The notes under the pieces are model-generated. The model worked only from the letters and a program-made list of their open reading frames with translations. It did not search any database and had not been told where the DNA came from. Of a stretch of DNA of 64,000 nucleotides, positions 38,073 through 50,297 are shown in pieces. The position numbers were made by a program, and so were the translations under genes. The DNA lies in NCBI GenBank assembly GCA_028023455.1, contig JAQFVV010000002.1, positions 2,852,001 to 2,916,000 on the forward strand, read 5' to 3'. Every line of letters starts with the position of its first letter. The stretch's first letter is position 1. The stretch comes from Epiperipatus broadwayi. Taxonomy: Eukaryota > Animalia > Onychophora.

Positions 38073-40349
38073 AATTATTAATCTGTATTGTCTATTTGTG
38101 TGTTATTACTAACAAGTTGTTTGTATTTGGAAAGATTAAATAAAGTTTAAAATTTTCTATACATTCAACATTCACTCATAAATGATGGAAATAGTCCAAC
38201 ATATCACATCTTATAATATACCATCATTACAAACCTTCAGACAAATACTAGGTCATGTTGAAGGCTAATTATTTTCTAATTAAAAACTACTAACAAAAAC
38301 TGCACTTGTAAATTATGTTGTTATCAAATTCCTTATTTTTTGTCAATAAAATACTTTATAAATTCTATTTCAATTATTACTAGTACTGATTATTTATTGA
38401 TATGATATGTATAATCTGATTTCAGTTTTGAATTTTGGACAATTATTTATTTTGATATGGTATTTTATTATTATATGGACAAGCAACTGAATACATTAGT
38501 AAAATGTAATTTAGGAAAAAAAATTATGAAAATGATATTTCATAAATAAAAAAAAAGCTAAAGTAATCATAAAATCTTATAAAAGATATGCAATATATTC
38601 AATGGGTAGTAGTTAAGAGAGTTTACAGTGTTCTCTTGTAATAAAATTATTTAGTAGACATTCTTATGTGTTTCTTTAACATATACTGTTGTGCATTTTT
38701 ATACAAAGTTAATTCAGATTTAAGATGTAGGAAATTCAAAAATTCTCTTCATGTGTTCACAGTTTAGTATTTTTCACAAGAAATTTGTATCCTCACTACA
38801 TTAAATCAATAATGTTTTATTTAGCAGTATTTTTCATAGTCCAAAAAATATTAAAAATAATTACTCAATGAAATAGTGTCTAATGTTATCTGTCTTTTTT
38901 TATTACCAATTATTTGTTTAAATACCAGCTTTAATATCAATGAGTGATCATTCTTTACAAACTATAATTATTTTATATCAATATTTGAAACATTTAAATA
39001 TCATTTCCTCAAAGTATTATCAACTTATACTTTATAATTAAATCTGAATTGTACAAATACCCAAATAACTAAATGAACATCCAAATCATTGTGAAATTCT
39101 CAAGATAATTTTTGTATATGTATTAAATAATTATGTATAATTGTTTTATTTCTACTACTTGATAGAGTGTGCTTATTTTATTATGAAGATCATGGAAAAA
39201 AAAATCCAATCCATTTCAATTAAATATGATGTGGCAGTTATTTTCCATGCACATATACCATATACAACATCTACATGTTGGTTTAAGTCTAAATTTCTTC
39301 TAATATTATTTTAAAACATGTTTATTGTTTATTTAATATTGGGGTTATTAATTCAAAATATGTGGACAGTGAAAACAAAATGAAAGAAGATAAAATTTTG
39401 AAAAAACATTCCTACATATCTCATTATAATATAATAAATGTATAGTTGTTCCTTATTTCCCAAAAAATATGCAAAATATAAGCTATAACTGAGCAGCAGT
39501 TAAATCTGCTGAAGGGTCATAATAAGCAAATGTTTGTGGGTAAGCATATTTTTACATTGTCAGGAAGTCTACCTGTACACTGGGAGGAATATGTGCAAAT
39601 AATAACTTCCTTACAATATGATACTATTTGGTGACAGGTGTAAAATCTAATTTAGATTATTTATGAATTGTGTGCCAAGAATGTAAAAATAGTATAACTG
39701 CAATAAATGTTTAAAACTTTTTATTTATATTTGATACTGTTACCTTTATTTATAAATGAATTACATATAGAACAAATTATTTTCTAACAGCTTCAATAAA
39801 ACAGCAATTTACATTATTTTTATAATTTTTTTTACATACCATCGTCAATATATTTGATATATAAATTTTATTTGAATAATAATAAAATATGAGAATCAAA
39901 TCATAAAAAGAACTATTAACCCTTAACCATTACTTTTATTTTCGAATTAGCAGTGTTTATTGGTAAATACGGTATGTTCTAATAAGAAAAAAATATTTAA
40001 ACAAGGGCAAGCTAAATTAAAATTATTAACTGATTTTTAATTGTATATTCCCCTATATTTTTTTTAAATTAATTATTCATTGATAAATTTAATTTGATAT
40101 TTCAAAGTTTAATATCATATATATATACAATTCTGAACAAGATAAATATCCAATTTATTACTTTTATTACTGCATTCGTTTTATTTGTTTTTTTTTGTTT
40201 TTTGTTTTTTGCCCTCTAGTGTCAAAACCACTGCTTTACGAATGTTTTTTGTTTTTGTTTTTCATTAAGGAAAATACACATACAATTACAATATAAATCT
40301 TGTTGGTAAACATTTGTTTGGATTTGTTACACGTATTATGACAATCATT

Positions 40350-41835
40350 AGAAAATAATTTTCCAAATTAGAAAATATACCCGTTTGATACATTAGTTAT
40401 TATTATGACAAATTAATTTCATGATCAGAGCAAGAAGCTCATCGTTTAAACTTAGTCTATAATTATTGTTTTTAAAAATAATTAGTCAAGTAGTCTATAA
40501 TTATTGTGTACTAGTTTTATATCAGAACAACTGGCTCTTTATTTAGTGACTTAGCCAGTGATCATTGTGCAGTCCGTATTTTGATTGGCAGTGATCCTTT
40601 ATCATTCTCCATCTGTTGTGATCATTATTCTAATAATAAAACTATTGCAAGAAATTTTAGTTCCTTCATTTTCCATTGTAAAATTGTTATAGTCTTGATA
40701 ATTTTATAAATTTATTATAATAGGGACATAAATTTTACCTTTTTTACAGCTAATGTCATAGTTGAGCTTAAGAAAAATTGTAATTTTATTCACTTACCTA
40801 TAACAATACATTACTAATATGCCTAATTCACCAAAAAGTTTCTCAACTGAGAAGTCTTTGTTACTACAATAATATTTGACAAAAGTTTATGCAGTTAAGA
40901 CAGATAAGAAACTATATTATTGTCAAGCATGTAAATAAAAATAATTGAAACAAATGATATTAAGGAGGCTTTTAAATAACATCTAAAGACAATGACATTG
41001 CTTCTTAAAACATTTTGTTTCTTAGTATTAAATCAGGAACCCTGTATACTATTGGTTAAAAAGTAATTTTATTAACAATAAGTGATGGATTATGCATTAT
41101 GCTATACAAATCAACATGTAATATCACTAAAAAAATAATTCAGAAATATTATAGGGCAAAGAAGATTTGATATATTGACTTAAGATGTCGAAGACCATTT
41201 TATGTAAGTATACGAAAACACCTCAGTTCTTTTTATAGATTTTTGGCTATAAAATTTACAATATAAAATTTTTTTAAGATTTGCAAACTCATATTACTGG
41301 AGAATCAATATTTCATGCATTGACAAAGTCAGCAAATGAAAAAAAAAATCCTAATATTTTGTCAGTTACTAATAATGATACTCCAGCAATGATATGGCAC
41401 TAAAGAGGTTTTCTTGTATTCACTGTAACTGTCTTATTCAGCTACATTATTTAATCACCAAAAATCTGAGTATATTGAAAATGATGCAGAATTTATTCCC
41501 TGGCTGTTTCATGTACCATTTCTTTAACTGTCAAAAGATGACTGTTAGACCACTTTTATAAATTGTTTAACTAAGTGCTAGATTTTCTTACAAAAAAGAT
41601 GATACTTTATAAGCAAACTTGATTTATTTCAAATGTGATATCTTATTTGACATAGTGTTTTAATAAATTTAATGACACAAATCTACAGGATGGAATAGGC
41701 ATTTAATCAAAACAAAGGGAAATTCCATTAGTTTACAAATGTAACAATAGCACCCATTATTGTTACTTGGAGAGTCTCCATTCTGACTTCAATCAATGAT
41801 TTGAAAATATTATTAAAATGAACATACTTGATTGA
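40350..41835 (+). mobile_element. Decayed hAT (Buster/ZBED8/SCAND3-like) transposase, N-terminal part
   Basis: Remnants TIAEILVPS, SVTNNDTPAM, HCNCLIQLHYLITKNLS, KFNDTNL...LIKTK and [12 protein letters not shown] occur in the expected order. Confidence 0.7.
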
Positions 41836-42411
41836 AACAAAGATAATAAAAGGTAATAGAAAATGTAGTGAGAAGAATCGAGTTAATGTTGCATTTCTTA
41901 CTGCAAATCCTCCCCATAGTCAATTAACAGTTATTATTCCAATATATGGAATTGCTGATAAAAGGTTTGTAATTACGGTTGCTCCTCAGAAAGATATTTG
42001 TCCTCATGGTAGGACATAACCAAGGAATGCTGTTGCTATAGTTAATAGTAGAAGAATAATTCCAATATTTCATGTATAAATTAATTTATATGAGTTATAG
42101 TAAATTCCGCGTCCTACATGAATATATAGACAGATGAAGAAAAATGATGCTCCATTTCTGTGAAAAAATCGGATTAATGATCCATTATTCACATCTCTCG
42201 AGATGTAAATAATGGATCTAAATGCTAGGTCTATGTTATCTGAATAATGTATTGCTAATATAATTCCAGTAATAATTTGGAAGAGTAATGAGATGCCAAG
42301 TAATGATCCAAAATTTCATAAATATGAAATATTAGATGGGGTTGGTAAATCAATTAATCTATTATTTATAATTATTAGTAATGGGTGAGTTTTTCGTTCT
42401 GGTTTTATCAT
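41836..42411 (-). pseudogene. cob: Cytochrome b, 5' half only (mt code 5)
   Basis: ATG ATA AAA CCA GAA CGA AAA ACT CAC CCA...WNFGSLLG...WGQMSFWGATVITNL...[16 protein letters not shown], cut at the insertion junction. Confidence 0.95.
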
Positions 42412-42412
42412 A

Positions 42413-43342
42413 TTATCATAGCTGAATAATTTTATAATTTAAAATAATTATTAAAATTCTTAAGCTAATTGGTAAGAAAACTTTTCATGTTAGAAATATT
42501 AGTTTATCATATCGAAAACGTGGGTAAGAACCACGAATTCAAACAAATGCAAATGAAATTAGTGTTGTTTTAATTATTATGAAAAATGGGAAGTTTATAT
42601 TTCTTCCAAAAAAAATTATAGAAGTAATTATTCTTATTAAGAGAATACTTGAATATTCTGCTATGAAAATTATAGCAAATCTTCCTCTTCTGTATTCTGT
42701 GTTAAAGCCTGAAACTAATTCACTTTCTCTTTCTGCAAAGTCAAAAGGAGCTCGATTAGTTTCAGCTAGAATTGAGGAAAATCAGCAAATAAATAATGGT
42801 AATAAGATTATAAAGTTTCAGATTAATAATTGAGAATTATCAATAATTATAAGGTTATATCTTTCTGATAAAAAGATAATTGTTAATAAAATTAGAGCTA
42901 ATCTTACTTCATAAGAAATAGTTTGAGCTACTGCTCGTATTGTTCCAAGTAAGGAAAATTTTGAGTTGGATGATCATCCAGCTATTATTATAAAATAAAC
43001 TGTTATTCTAGTTATACATAAGAAAAATAATAATGCAAAATTAAAATTTATTGGGTTTCATTTTATTGGGATTAATATTCAAATAAATAATGAAATGATG
43101 ATTCTTATTATTGGTGCAATTAAGAAAGTTATTCGATTTCTTAGGTTTAATGATCTATTTTCTTTACAGAAAAGTTTTATTGCATCACTAATTGGTTGAA
43201 GAATTCCGATTAAACTAATTTTATTAGGGCCTTTTCGGATTTGAATATAACCAAGAATTTTTCGTTCAAGTAATGTTAAGAATGCTACTCTGATTAGGAT
43301 GGAAATTAATAGAATTAAATAGAAAATTAAAGATAAAATCAT
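42413..43342 (-). CDS. nad1: NADH dehydrogenase subunit 1 (mt-derived)
   Basis: 930 nt from ATG to TAA. Motifs [29 protein letters not shown] and [10 protein letters not shown]. Confidence 0.95.
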
Positions 43343-43385
43343 ATTTACGAAACTTAAATTCGTTACATTTTTCTGTCATGAAATT
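43333..43385 (-). tRNA. trnL2: mt trnL2 (UAA), T-arm apparently missing
   Basis: Anticodon arm ACGAA-TTTAAGT-TTCGT; D arm ACAG...TGT. Ends are approximate. Confidence 0.75.
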
Positions 43386-43399
43386 TGTTTAGTGTAAAT

Positions 43400-43468
43400 A
43401 AACTGCTTGTTTGCTTATTGATTGATTTACAAAATCAATATAATAATTTATTTAGAACTATTAGTTTA
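43400..43468 (-). tRNA. trnT: mt trnT (UGU)
   Basis: Anticodon arm TTGAT-TTTGTAA-ATCAA on the minus strand. Ends are approximate. Confidence 0.65.
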
Positions 43469-43512
43469 TAATATTGATTTGTGGAATCAAAGATTAATTG
43501 AAGGGTTTAGAT
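43453..43512 (+). tRNA. trnH: mt trnH (GUG)
   Basis: TTGAT-TTGTGGA-ATCAA, directly before nad5. Ends are approximate. Confidence 0.75.
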
Positions 43513-43527
43513 TTAAATTTAGAAAAA

Positions 43528-45187
43528 ATGTTTTGTTTTTTTTTTTTTGAATATTATTTGTTTGTAGAATTTATTTTTGTAATGAAAAATTAGTTTTTAT
43601 TTTTGAAATTGAATTATTAGAAGTTAATTCTAGAAGAATTATTATAACTATAATTTTTGATTGAATATCAGTAATATTTATAACTGTAATTTTTCTTATT
43701 TCTGGGTCTGTTATAAAATTTAGATGTGAATATATAGGAGAAGAAAAAAATAAGATACGTTTTTGTATTATTGTAATTTTATTTGTTATTTCTATAATTT
43801 TTTTGGTGGTTTCACCAAATTTGATTTCTATTTTATTAGGATGGGATGGTTTAGGATTAGTATCTTATGTATTAGTAATTTATTATCAGAATAATAAATC
43901 AAATAGAGCTGGAATATTAACGATTCTAAGAAATCGGATTGGAGATGTTGCTTTCTTAATTTGTATTGCATTTATATTGAATCATGGTAATTGAAATTAT
44001 TTTTCGATGAGTTGGTTAGATATAAATATTATTAATGTTATGATTGTATTAATATTATTAGCTGGAATAACTAAAAGTGCTCAAATTCCTTTTTCGGCAT
44101 TGGTGCCGCCATAGCGGCACCAACTCCTGTATCAGCATTAGTTCATTCATCAACATTGGTTACTGCTGGGGTTTTTTTATTAATTCGTTTTTCTGAATTT
44201 TTCATAGTAGAAATGTCATTTAAAGTTAGTTTATTGTTTATATCAAGGTTAACTATAATAATGGCCAGAATTGTAGCTAATTTTGAATATGATATTAAAA
44301 AAATTATTGCTTTATCAACTCTTAGGCAGCTTGGGCTAATAATAAGTATTGTATCTTTAGGATTTTCTACTTTAGCATTTTTTCATTTGTTGACACATGC
44401 GGTTTTTAAAGCATTATTGTTTATTTGTTCTGGAAGAATTATTCATAATTTTAATCATGTTCAGGATGTTCGAATACTTGGATTTGTAACTAATCAATTA
44501 CCCAAAGTTAGGATTTGTTTGAATACGGCAAATTTGGCTTTATGTGGAATTCCATTTTTAGCTGGATTTTATTCTAAGGATATAATTTTAGAAATATATT
44601 GTTATAGAAATTGGAATTTTATTTCATTTTTAATATTATTTGTTGCTACTTCAATAACAGCATCTTATTCTATTCGAATAGCTTATTTTTCATTTTGAAA
44701 AAAAATTCATTCAAAGAGAATAAATTCGGTTTTTGAAGGAAGAAGAGATATTAGTGATTCTGCAATAATAATAAGTTTGGGGGCTGTTGTTGGTGGGTCA
44801 ATTTTTAGATGAATAATTTTTAGAAGAGTACCTCATATTGAATTAATTTTTTTATTAAAAATTTTAACATTAATAGTTACTTTTATTGGTGGTGGTTATA
44901 TACTTTGTTTTCAAATAGAGTTTTTTTTTAAAAAAAACTCGTTTTTTTTCTCTCAAATATGATTTTTTCCAAAAATTAGGTCTCAGGTGTTTATAAAATT
45001 AATTATAAAATGAAGAAAGTTTTCTTTTGAAAAAATTGATTCTTTATGAATTGAGTCAATAGGACCTCAAAATATATATTTCACTGTGGTGAAAGGTTCA
45101 ATAATATTGCAAATTATTCAGAAGAATTCAGTAAAAACATATTTGTTTAGGATTATCATTTTGGTTTCTTTTATTATATTTTTTTTA
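43528..45187 (+). CDS. nad5: NADH dehydrogenase subunit 5 (mt-derived, frameshifted in this consensus)
   Basis: LGWDGLGLVSY, NRIGD, TKSAQIPF, APTPVSALVHSSTLVTAG, ALSTLSQLG, CGIPFLAGFYSKD. Frameshifts at the poly-T (43537-48) and at 44100-44110. Confidence 0.93.
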
Positions 45188-45245
45188 TATGAATATAGCT
45201 CTTAGCATATTGTTGAAGACAATAAGATGCAACAATAAATTTTTA
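45188..45245 (+). tRNA. trnF: mt trnF (GAA)
   Basis: TATTG-TTGAAGA-CAATA. Confidence 0.8.
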
Positions 45246-45252
45246 GTTAGAA

Positions 45253-45305
45253 ACTAATAATAACTAATTTAAGAATCAATAAATTGTAAATTTATTAAAT
45301 TTTTA
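45253..45305 (+). tRNA. trnY: mt trnY (GUA)
   Basis: ATAAA-TTGTAAA-TTTAT. Confidence 0.6.
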
Positions 45306-46190
45306 TGACTCGCCTTTTTTTTTTGGCGAGTCGATGTAAAAAAGAATTTGTATTGTATGGGTTAACATATAAAATGTAAAATTTTTTTTGAGAATAATTA
45401 AATATTGGTTATTTTTTACTAGAAAAGTTTTTTTAATAGTAAATATTAAATATGGTTATATATTTAAATTATAAAGTTTAATTTGCGTTTAAAAGTTGAA
45501 TGATTATTTGTAAGCAATTTGCTTTTAATTGTTAATTAAAAAGTTAGCCAGATTTGGTGTACATTGATGATGTATATATATATATATATAAAAACTTATT
45601 GATGCAATTAATATATCAAGGGTATAAGTGATTTCGCGCAAATGCGTAAAATATGAATCGTGTCAAAACAAAAAAAAGTATATTAATGAGTAGAAAATAA
45701 TGACAATAAAAATTAATATTTACATGTTCTAGAATTCGTGGACTTAATTTAATGGTATTGCATAGTTGTATAGTAAAATTTTCTTAAGTAGCGGTTAAGA
45801 GATTTATAAAAATAATTAGATTTTAATCTAATATTTTCTAAATAATACAATAAAACTTAATTGAAATTATTTATTTGACATTAATATAAAGTATATACTA
45901 TCACATATATAACATGATTGTTTTATATTTTTATATAATAGAATTAACCATAATATTAATATATATTATTAATAATATATATTAATATTATGGTTAATTC
46001 TATTATATAAAAATATAATTACATCTAATAATAATTATTTAATTATATTCAAATATAAATAATACTAATTATTTTTTTCTAAATTAAATAATATGATATC
46101 TAATACATCGACTCGCCAAAAAAAAGGCGAGTCATAAAATATATTCATTATTATAATTCTTTATGATAAAATTTTTAGAATTATGTATTA
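45301..46190. promoter_or_regulatory. mt control region (may hide further tRNAs), bounded by inverted stem-loops
   Basis: Non-coding, very AT-rich, with TA repeats. A GACTCGCC-(T/A)n-GGCGAGTC hairpin sits at each end. Confidence 0.8.
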
Positions 46191-46195
46191 ATCAT

Positions 46196-46699
46196 TTAAA
46201 TTAGGGTTCGAATCGGGCCGTCCGAAAGACGGCAGATTTTAACTACTCTAATTAAGCAAAGAAGGAGATATAACGCTAGAAAAATTGTAATTTTTCTAAT
46301 GTTTTCGGCAAAAAATCTTGTATAAGAAAAACTTTGATTTAGTTCAATTTGTTCAAAAAGTTGTATTGAGTCTGAATTAAATGAGAATTCATTTAAAATA
46401 ATTAGTATTGGTGAAAAAATGAAAAATCATCTTATTCAGATTAATTTTGTTGGTCAAGACAATCTAAAAAAAAATTTTTCGTTTCTTGCTATACTGGTAG
46501 TATAGAGAAATAGAATTAAAAGTCCTCCTAAGTAAATTAAAATGATTACATAACTATATCAGAAATTTTGTGAGTTTATTCCAATTAAAATAGATAATGG
46601 AATTACGTAGATGATAATTGAGATTCCTATTGAAATAGGATGATTTATTAGGAAAAATCATATTCCAACAGTTAGTGTTAAAAGATAAAGGATTGTCAT
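46196..46699 (-). CDS. nad6: NADH dehydrogenase subunit 6 (mt-derived)
   Basis: 504 nt from ATG to TAA. Motifs NHPISMG, WYSYVIILIYLGGLLILFLYTTSMASNE and GPIR. Confidence 0.92.
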
Positions 46700-46745
46700 A
46701 AGTTAAATTCTAAATTTAAAATCTTATTGTTAGATTAAATTTCCA
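46695..46745 (-). tRNA. trnL1: mt trnL1 (UAG), truncated
   Basis: TTAAA-TTTAGAA-TTTAA; D arm AATCT/AGATT. Confidence 0.7.
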
Positions 46746-47420
46746 TTTAATCTACTTTGTTTCGACTTTTCTTGTTTTTGCAAGAATGACGGGCGATATG
46801 TACATATTAATGTTAATTTTCAATTTATCATGATAATGTGATTTTACTAGCAAATTCTGTTTTTAAAAATTTTTCAATTTTTTATATATAAATATAGATT
46901 AATGTAATTCATTTCATCTTAATAAAATTGCACCTTGACCTGATTTAATAGGTTATTCTATTTTGAGATTAATTTTAAGTAATTTCGTATACGGTGGTAT
47001 ACAAATAAGTATTAAGTAAGGTAAGTCGTGTGTTGTCGATTTAGAAACAAATTCCTTTGAAAAAGTTAGTACCGTCAAATTTATTTTGTTATGTTTCTTT
47101 GAAATATTATTTTATAGTAGAATAGCAGGGTATCTAATCCTGGTTTTGAACTAAATTTAGAATTATTTTAATAATATTATTATTAGAAATTTCATTTTTA
47201 AGAAAAATATGGTTAAATTTATTTATTCAGAAAAAATTAATTTATAATGACGTATAACCGCTGCTGCTGGCACGTATTTGGCCTCTAATAGTTTTTAGAT
47301 TAAAAGTAATTTATTACTTATGGTTTTGTTAATAAAAGGTTGTTTTTAATTAAAATTTTATGAAAAGTTTAAAAAGTTAATTTGTTTACATAAATTAAAT
47401 AAAAGATTTAAGAATTAGTT
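46746..47420 (-). rRNA. rrnS: mt 12S rRNA
   Basis: Reverse complement contains GTGCCAGCAGCAGCGGTTATAC, AGGATTAGATACCCTGCTATT, TACATATCGCCCGTCA and AAGTCGAAACAAAGTAG. The 5' end is approximate. Confidence 0.93.
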
Positions 47421-47429
47421 TTATAAGAA

Positions 47430-48420
47430 TTGTGTATTTTATATATGAGTATATAATAATTATATTGTTTTAAGTGGTTTTATGTAAAAATTGAAAAGGA
47501 ATTATTAAAATTTATAAAGTAATTTATTGTACTTTTTGCATAATGGATGTATGATTAATGGTTAAATTAATATCTCTAAAAAAATTGATCTCTTTTTTTT
47601 GAAAAATTGTTGCATAAATTTTTTTTAAAAGAAATTTAGAAGTGAAATGCTATCGAAATTTTTGATATATAGTTCTTAAAAATTCACTATAGGTGATTTA
47701 ATAAATTTATTAAAAACATTAATGGTTTAGCATTAATGTTTNNNNNNNNNNNNNNNNNNNNNNNNNNNNNNNNNNNNNNNAAGTTTGGTTAATGTACTCT
47801 TTCCCTACAGTTCAGACGTGTGCTCTTCCGAGGAATTCAGCAAAAGTTGTTTCATCAGTTTATCAAAAACATAGCTTTATGAAAATATTTAGGGTATTGT
47901 CTGCTCAATGAGCATTAAATTGCCATGGTATTTATGACTATGCTAAGGTAGCATAATCATTTGTCTTATAAATTAAGACTGGAATGAATGGATAAATGGG
48001 GCAATTCTTTCTTAGGTTAAAAATTAAAAATAATCTTTTTAGTGAAGAGACTAAAATGAGATTGAGGGACGAGAAGACCCTATTAAGCTTAATATAATTA
48101 TTATGTTGGGGAAACAAAAGAGTATATTTTCTTTTGAAATATTTTTTGATAAATGTTGATTTATTATTAATAATAATAGAATAAGTTACTATAGGGATAA
48201 CAGCATAATTTTTTTTAAAAGTTCTTATTTACAAAGAAGATTATGACCTCGATGTTGGATTAGAAATATTATATGGTGAAGTTGTTGTATAAATTAGTCT
48301 GTTCGACTATTAAATTTCTACATGATCTGAGTTCAAATCGGTGTAAACCAGATTGGTTTCTATCTTCAGATATTTTGTGTTAGTACGAAAGGACCACATG
48401 AAGTTTTTTAATGAGTAGAT
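47430..48420 (+). rRNA. rrnL: mt 16S rRNA (contains an N-gap and adapter sequence)
   Basis: AAGGTAGCATAATCATT, GACGAGAAGACCCTA, AGGGATAACAGC, ACCTCGATGTTGGATT, CATGATCTGAGTTCAAATCGG and TAGTACGAAAGGAC. Confidence 0.93.
47796..47831 (+). other. Illumina TruSeq adapter fragments (assembly artefact)
   Basis: ACTCTTTCCCTACA (read-1 primer piece) fused to GTTCAGACGTGTGCTCTTCCGA (read-2 primer piece), next to the N-gap at 47742-47780. Confidence 0.97.
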
Positions 48421-48482
48421 TGAACTCTTATAGGTGAATATATAGACTTTGGAAGTCTAAGATGAATGATTTTTCAATTAAA
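48418..48482 (+). tRNA. trnP: mt trnP (UGG)
   Basis: TAGAC-TTTGGAA-GTCTA. Confidence 0.8.
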
Positions 48483-48483
48483 A

Positions 48484-48762
48484 ATTTTAATTCCAATTAT
48501 ATTTGTTATTTTTGGTGTTATTACATTTATTATGTATCGGTTACATTTATTATCAATGTTATTAAGATTGGAGTTTATTATATTGAATATTTTTTGAGTC
48601 ATGATGTCATGACTAGTTTTTTTAGGTAAAGAATTATTTTTAAGTTTAGTTTTTTTAACTTTAACTGCTTGTGAGGCTAGTTTAGGTTTATCATTAATGG
48701 TTAGGTTAATTCGTAGTCATGGAAATGATTTATTTAATAGTTTAAGAATTGTTAGATGATAG
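48484..48762 (+). CDS. nad4L: NADH dehydrogenase subunit 4L (mt-derived)
   Basis: HLLSMLLSLEF, ACEASLGLSLMVSLIRSHGND. 7-bp ATGATAG overlap with nad4. Confidence 0.92.
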
Positions 48763-50109
48763 AAATTTTGATAATATTTATTATGTTAGTTGTTATGTGA
48801 GTATTTAAGTTAATACGTTGAGGATTTATGTTAAATGTGATATTAATTATTATAGAGATCGGAAGAGCACACGTTAAATATTTACATGTTTGTATCAAGA
48901 ATTTCTGGCGTATTTGGTGTTGATATGGTTTCTATACCGTTATCAATATTAAGAATATTGACTTGTGTATTAATGATGTTTGCTAGGATAAAAGTTTTGT
49001 TGAAAGATGATTATAAGGATTTTTTTTGTTTATTAATTTTAATCTTGAATGCTGTTTTGTTTTATACTTTTGTTGCTTTAAATATTTTAGTGTTTTATGT
49101 TTTGTTTGAGTTTACTTTAATTCCTACAATTCTTTTGATTATAGGTTGAGGTTATCAGCCTGAACGTTTACAGGCCATGTTATACTTATTGTTTTACACT
49201 TTATTTGCTTCTTTTCCATTATTAATAGGAGTAATTGGAATGTATTGGTGAATAGGAAGAATGTCTATTATTATGTTGATGAAAAGTTATTTTTATATGA
49301 GGGAATTTATGATACTATATTGAGTTATTTGTATGTCAGCTTTTTTGGTTAAATTACCAATTTATGTTGTTCATATTTGGCTTCCTAAGGCTCATGTAGA
49401 AGCACCAATTTCTGGTTCAATAATTTTGGCTAGAGTTTTGTTGAAATTAGGAGGTTATGGTGTTATTCGTTTTTCAATGATTTTTAAAATAATTACAGTT
49501 AAATTTAGTGAGTTTTTTATTTGTTTAAGGTTGTTTGGAGGAATTATAACTAGAATGATTTGTATTCGACAGGTTGATTTAAAAGCATTAATTGCTTATT
49601 CTTCTGTTGGGCATATGGGGTTAATGATTAGATCAGTTTTTGTTATATGTAAATGAAGAGTTAATGCAGCTATTTGAGTCATGGTGGGACATGGTTTTTG
49701 TTCTTCCGGTTTGTTTTGTTTATCAAGAATTTCTTATGAGCGATATCATTCTCGTAGGATGATGGTTTCTAAAGGAATGATTAGGTTATTTCCTAGGTTA
49801 AGGTTGTTTTGATTTTTGTTTGTTATTGCTAATATTGCAGCTCCACCTTCTTTGAATTTGTTAGGAGAAATTGGTGTTATTAATTCTTTGGTTTTTTGAA
49901 ATAACATTAGAATTGGTTTGTTAGTTTTTATTTCGTTTTTTGGTGCTGTATATAGAATGTATTTGTACTCATATACTCAGCATGGTCAGATATTTTTTAA
50001 TTTAAATAGTATGAAATCAATTAGATGTGTTGAGTATCTTTTGTTATTTTTACATTTGTTACCATTGAATTTGTTGTTGTTGAAATCTGAGTTTTTAATA
50101 GTTTATTAG
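48756..50109 (+). CDS. nad4: NADH dehydrogenase subunit 4 (mt-derived, frameshifted by an adapter)
   Basis: [62 protein letters not shown]. Confidence 0.95.
48856..48874 (+). other. Illumina adapter AGATCGGAAGAGCACACGT inside nad4 (artefact)
   Basis: Exact match to the TruSeq read-through adapter. Confidence 0.98.
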
Positions 50110-50152
50110 AATTTTTAATTGGAAATTAAATGTAATATATACTTATATGTCT
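50095..50152 (-). tRNA. trnG: mt trnG (UCC)
   Basis: rc TTTAA-TTTCCAA-TTAAA with D arm AGTA..TAC. Confidence 0.75.
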
Positions 50153-50205
50153 TTTGGATTAATTAAAGCTTTGAAGGCTTTTAGTTTTGTTAACTTATTT
50201 GGTTA
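50150..50205 (-). tRNA. trnW: mt trnW (UCA)
   Basis: rc AAGTTAACAAAACT-AAAAGC-CTTCAAA-GCTTT, a canonical trnW. Confidence 0.8.
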
Positions 50206-50248
50206 TTTTTGAATTATGAATTCAAAAGCTTTTTTAGCTTATTGTGAA
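50195..50248 (-). tRNA. trnM: mt trnM (CAU)
   Basis: rc AAGCT-AAAA-AAGC D arm, then TTGAA-TTCATAA-TTCAA. Confidence 0.75.
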
Positions 50249-50297
50249 CTATAATTTAAACTTCAAAAGTTTAAGTGTCAAACACTTATGAATTTTC
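50245..50297 (-). tRNA. trnQ: mt trnQ (UUG)
   Basis: rc AGTG-TTTGA-CAC D arm, then TAAAC-TTTTGAA-GTTTA. Confidence 0.7.

Larger units (their letters stand above)
35600..38240 (+). mobile_element. Near-full-length decayed Penelope-like element (N-terminal domain, RT, GIY-YIG, 3' pLTR)
   Basis: CKSEEIIPKGLQLK; GLPKIHKDNVP; LVSFDVETLFTNV; WLRYVDDTF; VYRKPTHTGKYL; CIYEIPCECRRKYTGETCRPAEQRLKEH. Multiple frameshifts. Confidence 0.93.

Noticed and set aside
39916-39926. TTAA-CCCTT piggyBac-like end
   Set aside because: No matching opposite end or piggyBac coding remnant was found.
41828-42833. Plus-strand ORFs at 41828-42019 and 42579-42833, and the standard-code fragments of the mt genes in the ORF track
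   Set aside because: They are antisense to cob and nad1, or are pieces split at TGA (Trp in code 5). They are not separate genes.
50165-50181. trnS2 (TGA) read on the plus strand between nad4 and nad2
   Set aside because: The minus strand gives a canonical trnW with its D arm, and a better S2 lies at 55550-55610.
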